From assembly GCA_964647565.1 (NCBI GenBank), contig CAZYIM010000026.1, positions 1 through 10,751 of the forward strand: DNA of 10,751 nucleotides. The letters are read 5' to 3'. Positions 7,335-10,751 of this stretch are shown here, piece after piece (position 1 is the first letter of the stretch; the number at the start of each line of letters is the position of its first letter). This DNA comes from an uncultured Methanosarcinales archaeon (GTDB taxonomy: Archaea; Nanobdellota; Nanobdellia; Woesearchaeales; CAZYIM01). The notes beneath the pieces are model-generated. The model was given only the letters and a program-made list of their open reading frames with translations, had not been told where the DNA came from and searched no databases. A program made the translations under genes and the position numbers.

Positions 7335-7514
7335 AATTTGCCTGTTAAAGCAAGTGTTCGTTCATACTCCCTCCCCCATAGAAATCTGTAGGATTTCTAG
7401 GATACAAGGAAATTGGAAATTTCTTGTGTGCCGGAAATTCAAAGAATTTCCTAGCATGCCAGAACGCTTTACTTTCTGAGCATTTAGGTAGGGGTAGAAC
7501 ACTTTCGGCAAATT
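7335..7514. repeat. Nested multi-hairpin palindromic element (REP/MITE-like or structured ncRNA)
   Basis: Outer stems AATTTGCC/GGCAAATT and AAGTGTTC/GAACACTT plus a C-rich/G-rich stem enclose four tandem hairpins, three of them built on a GAAAT..ATTTC core. Confidence 0.75.
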
Positions 7515-7518
7515 TTTA

Positions 7519-8199
7519 TTATTTTTTTCTCATATAGAACTCTTCAAATATGACTGTCCTGTCCTCAGAGTCTTTGTTTGTCTGATAATGCTCAAGAAGC
7601 CTGAAGTCTTTGCCAAAGAAATCCATGACTTCTTTTTTAGTGAAGAAATGATTATAATGCATTCTTCTAAGTGTCCAGCTACGATTTTTAGTTCTGGGGC
7701 TGAAAGGCGGATGCGGTGGCGTCTTCTTGCTGAAACAGTGAAGAGCGTAGTGGCCGCCTTTTTTCAGAACTTTCAATATATTTTTTTTGTAAGCATTCCA
7801 CTCAGATTTTCTCAAGTGATGCAGACAGCCCGAATCCAGGATGACGTCAAACTGATCTGTTTTATATGGCAAGTCAAATACGCTTCCTACTCTTAAATCA
7901 ATCTTTATGTTGTTCAGTTTGGCGTTTTTTCTTGCAAGAGAGATAGCCTGTTTTGCAAAATCTATACCTGATGCTTTGAATCCATTCTTTGCAAAAAAGA
8001 CAGTGTGCCTGCCATTGCCACAGCCTACATCAAGGAGTGTGCCAGTTACCTTGCTTTTATTTAGGAATTTCAGAAAATGCCTGGCGTTTATAGACGGTTC
8101 TTGGGATCTATATGAGAATTTCTTTTTTGAGAACTGGCCTTTCATCTCTGACCAACTCTGTTCATACATCTTCTTTTCAATATGTTGATAGTCGTGCAC
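7519..8199 (-). CDS. Class I SAM-dependent methyltransferase
   Basis: Motif I LLDVGCGNGR, acidic motif GIDFA, FDVILDSGCLHHL and LKKGG. The start is most likely GTG 8199, 1 nt after the valS TAA (226 aa), rather than ATG 8250, which would overlap valS by 50 nt with a low-complexity K/S extension. Confidence 0.88.
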   Translation of the reverse strand: MHDYQHIEKKMYEQSWSEMKGQFSKKKFSYRSQEPSINARHFLKFLNKSKVTGTLLDVGCGNGRHTVFFAKNGFKASGIDFAKQAISLARKNAKLNNIKIDLRVGSVFDLPYKTDQFDVILDSGCLHHLRKSEWNAYKKNILKVLKKGGHYALHCFSKKTPPHPPFSPRTKNRSWTLRRMHYNHFFTKKEVMDFFGKDFRLLEHYQTNKDSEDRTVIFEEFYMRKK

Positions 8200-8200
8200 T

Positions 8201-10588
8201 TTATTTCTTGACTTTGACTTCTTTCCCGAACTTAAGTTCTTTGATACCATGCATGCACTTTAGATCTGCTTCTATTGATTTTAGGTTTTCAGATACAGTT
8301 GCTTGTGAGAGCTCATCTCTCAACGACATTCCATTGTCCTTCTTGAACTTCCAGATGGCGCTGTTGGTCTCTGTAATATCTTCAGTTGTGAATGCAGTCT
8401 CGTACGCGTCTTCAATCTCAGGGAAACTCTCAAAGTGGATATCTTTGCCTCTTAGATCTTTAAAGAGCTTGTAGGTCATCATCGGGATGACTGGGGCCAG
8501 GAGTTTAAGAACAACATCAAGACAGTAATGTAATGTATATACTGCAGCTTCCTGTTCTTCGGATTTGAACGCATTATCGTTGTTATAGGCCCTGTTCTTG
8601 ACCAGTTCCAGATAGTGCGAAGCCAGGGTCTCCCAGACAAAATGCTTGATTTTTACAGCAGGATTATGGAAATCATAGCTTGTGTACTGTTTTTCAGAGT
8701 ATTTGATAAGTTCATTGACTTCCTGGATTATCCATTTATCCAATTCCTGTAATTCTGGCTTGCTTTTGGCTTCTGGAAACATCGAGATGAACCTTGCAAC
8801 ATTCCAGAGTTTGGTTATGGTCTTGCCTGCACCTTCGATCCTTTCAAACGAGCATCTGAAGTCAGTTTTCTCTAGATTGCCTTCAACAGCAGCCCAGAGC
8901 CTGAATGGTTCTGCACCGAACTTGTCAAGCACGTCTTTTGGATCGATGATATTACCCTTTGATTTGCTCATCTTCTTTCCATTGTCGTCAACAATGTGAT
9001 AGTTGATCCAGACATCCTTGAAGATGACGTCTCCTGTGAGCAGGAAGTCCTTAAGCACTGTGTAATATAGCCATGTCCTAATAATTTCCTTACCTTGGGG
9101 TCTTAATGAGCAGGGCTTAGATTTTTCAAAGAAATCATCTCTTGAATATTTGAGGATGTACAAAGGTGAGATTGAAGAATCAAACCAGGTGTCAAATACT
9201 CTTTCTTCTCCCTTGAATTCTGTACCACCGCATTTTGGGCATTTGTCAACAGGAGGATTTTCCCTCCATGGCTGATAGTATTTGCCCTTGGGAGGCACGA
9301 TGATCTCATTGCATTTGGTGCAGTACCAGATAGGCACTTCAGTAGCATAATATCTTCTTCTGGAAATGGGCCAGTCAATGGTTACTGATTCGATCCAGTC
9401 GAGCATGATCTGCTTGCTCCTGGGTGAAAAGAAATCCATCTTGTTGGCAAGCTCTTTCATCTTGTCCTTGTACTCTATCTGCTTGACATAGAACTCATCC
9501 ATCTCTGTGAATTCAATAGGATCCTTGCTTCGTTCACAACAAGGAGTGCGATGTACTAGTTTTTTCTGGCCAAGGAGCAGACCTTTTTTGTCTAGTTCCA
9601 TAACTATCTTTTTCTGGGCTTCTCTTGCATTGATTCCTGCCAGGAATCCTGCGTGTTTGTTCATAGTGCCGTCATTTTCAATGGCAATGATTGGTTTTAG
9701 GCCTTGTTCTCTGAAAAACCTGATGTCTGTTATGTCTCCAAATGAGCACATCATCATGATGCCTGTGCCTTTATCCATCTCTGCAGCAGGATGAGCCTTT
9801 ATAGGCACTTCTTTTTCATAGATAGGTGTTATTGCTGTCTTACCGTCAAGATGCTTATACCTATCGTCCTTTGGATTGAATATGATCATGCCACAGGTGC
9901 AGATAAGTTCGGGCCTGGTGGTGGCGATAATAATATCTTCCCCAGTCTCCTTTACCTTAAACTTAACATCATTGAAGAAGGCAGGCAGATCGATATATTC
10001 GATCTCAGCATCTGCAAGGGTTGTCTGGCATCCAGGGCACCAATTATTGGCCCTCTTGTCCTCGTATATGAGCCCTTTATGCCACATATCTATAAATGTT
10101 TCCTGGGTCAAGGATCTATAGTCGGGATGGTCTGTCTGATAGACATCACCAATACCAGTACCTAGCTTCCAAGAATTAAATCCGATGCCTAATCTTAAGA
10201 ATGAAGTGGTTGATGCGAGGCTGCTTTCCTCAAGCACCTTTTTGCACATCTCAATGAACTTCTCCCTGCTTACATCGTTAAGTTTGATTTCAAACTTCTT
10301 TTCAGCAGCCATCTCAATGGGCAGACCATTTCGGTCTAAGCCTAATGGGAATAGGACTTCATGGCCCGTCATCCTCCTGAATCTAGCAAACATGTCCATA
10401 AGAACATAGGTGGTCGCCTGACCGATATGAACTGGTGTGTTAACATAAGGAGGTGGAGTATCTATAGAATAGACTGGTTTCTTAGAGTCCTTGTTGAACT
10501 TGTAGGTATTATCTTCTTTCCATTTCTCAAAGATATTCTTTTCTTCTTCCTGGGACCATCTCTTTTCCTGGATTTTAGGTTCTGGCAT
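8201..10588 (-). CDS. valS: Valyl-tRNA synthetase, archaeal type
   Basis: IDTPPPY..HIGQ (HIGH equivalent), CP1 editing motifs ATTRPE and GTG..M.CSFGD, DWPISRRR, VFDTWFDS, archaeal-type RPQG.EIIRTW, KMSKSKGN and CxxC Zn sites. At 795 aa it lacks the bacterial C-terminal coiled-coil arm. SD-like GAGGAG at 10603-10598. Confidence 0.97.
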   Translation of the reverse strand: MPEPKIQEKRWSQEEEKNIFEKWKEDNTYKFNKDSKKPVYSIDTPPPYVNTPVHIGQATTYVLMDMFARFRRMTGHEVLFPLGLDRNGLPIEMAAEKKFEIKLNDVSREKFIEMCKKVLEESSLASTTSFLRLGIGFNSWKLGTGIGDVYQTDHPDYRSLTQETFIDMWHKGLIYEDKRANNWCPGCQTTLADAEIEYIDLPAFFNDVKFKVKETGEDIIIATTRPELICTCGMIIFNPKDDRYKHLDGKTAITPIYEKEVPIKAHPAAEMDKGTGIMMMCSFGDITDIRFFREQGLKPIIAIENDGTMNKHAGFLAGINAREAQKKIVMELDKKGLLLGQKKLVHRTPCCERSKDPIEFTEMDEFYVKQIEYKDKMKELANKMDFFSPRSKQIMLDWIESVTIDWPISRRRYYATEVPIWYCTKCNEIIVPPKGKYYQPWRENPPVDKCPKCGGTEFKGEERVFDTWFDSSISPLYILKYSRDDFFEKSKPCSLRPQGKEIIRTWLYYTVLKDFLLTGDVIFKDVWINYHIVDDNGKKMSKSKGNIIDPKDVLDKFGAEPFRLWAAVEGNLEKTDFRCSFERIEGAGKTITKLWNVARFISMFPEAKSKPELQELDKWIIQEVNELIKYSEKQYTSYDFHNPAVKIKHFVWETLASHYLELVKNRAYNNDNAFKSEEQEAAVYTLHYCLDVVLKLLAPVIPMMTYKLFKDLRGKDIHFESFPEIEDAYETAFTTEDITETNSAIWKFKKDNGMSLRDELSQATVSENLKSIEADLKCMHGIKELKFGKEVKVKK

Positions 10589-10600
10589 TTTTCTTCTCTC

Positions 10601-10736
10601 CTCATCAGCTTCTTACCTTCTCGAGGTTGTTTCTCCTTTAAAAAAGTTTGGGCGAAACAACCTTTTTTTGATGTTTCTCCAAACTCAAGGAGCTTTAGCA
10701 ACAGATTTGGGAAACAATCGAGAAGAGGCCGATGAA
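10601..10736 (-). promoter_or_regulatory. Structured region upstream of valS (candidate cis-regulatory leader or palindromic repeat)
   Basis: Nested complementary segments: 10601-10609/10728-10736, 10617-10624/10718-10725, 10624-10633/10654-10663 and 10672-10683/10706-10716. Contains two tandem copies of TGTTTCTCC...TTTGG(GC)GAAACAA. Confidence 0.6.
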
Positions 10737-10751
10737 CGCTCTTACGCAACT

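Noticed and set aside
7379..7483. Mini CRISPR array
   Set aside because: The units are diverged palindromes separated by only 2-4 nt, with no spacers of 30-40 nt and no cas genes.
8200..8250. 50-nt overlap of the methyltransferase with valS as given by the ORF track
   Set aside because: The 17 extra residues are K/S-rich alternate-frame sequence of valS. GTG 8199, right after the valS stop, is the more economical start.
5028..10409. Short shadow ORFs over trmB, the 301-aa gene, the methyltransferase and valS
   Set aside because: They lie largely or wholly within stronger genes on the other strand or frame and have no recognisable features.
10624..10669. Bacterial-style intrinsic terminator on the plus strand (10-bp stem plus T7)
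   Set aside because: No plus-strand gene feeds into it and the 20-nt interior is long. It is better treated as part of the larger structured region.
10462..10749. 95-aa minus-strand ORF and the 124-aa plus-strand ORF 10361..10735
   Set aside because: Both overlap valS extensively, show no motifs and run through the palindromic non-coding region.
10589..10751. T-box riboswitch upstream of valS
   Set aside because: No GGTGGNACCGCG T-box consensus, no recognisable specifier or AG-bulge stem, and no terminator with a U-tract in the right place on the valS strand.
10732..10751. Possible divergent gene start on the plus strand (GAGG...ATG AAC GCT CTT ACG CAA)
   Set aside because: Only six codons are visible before the window edge, so it cannot be supported.

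Overview
Archaeal chromosome segment, most consistent with a DPANN (Woesearchaeota-like) lineage. This is inferred from an archaeal-type ValRS, BRE+TATA promoters, GAGGTGA(T) Shine-Dalgarno sites and a TrmB regulator. The left end holds a bacterial-type cysteine cluster, cysK (5'-truncated by the window)-cysE-cysS. The right end holds valS and a closely coupled class I SAM methyltransferase on the minus strand. Between them is an AT-richer accessory block of about 4.6 kb. It contains (i) a translationally coupled pair of a Pol-beta-type nucleotidyltransferase and a small RelE/HigB-like protein, a candidate non-canonical toxin-antitoxin system; (ii) an unannotated 33-codon membrane-peptide ORF broken by one in-frame TGA; (iii) a TrmB gene sharing a palindromic divergent promoter with two unknown proteins that, by eye, share an N-terminal domain but have unrelated C-termini; and (iv) a 180-nt nested multi-hairpin intergenic element. 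The region upstream of valS can fold into two alternative structures whose basal stem reaches into the valS ribosome-binding site. No tRNA, rRNA, CRISPR array, integrase or transposase was seen. All family assignments come from motif reading, not database searches.
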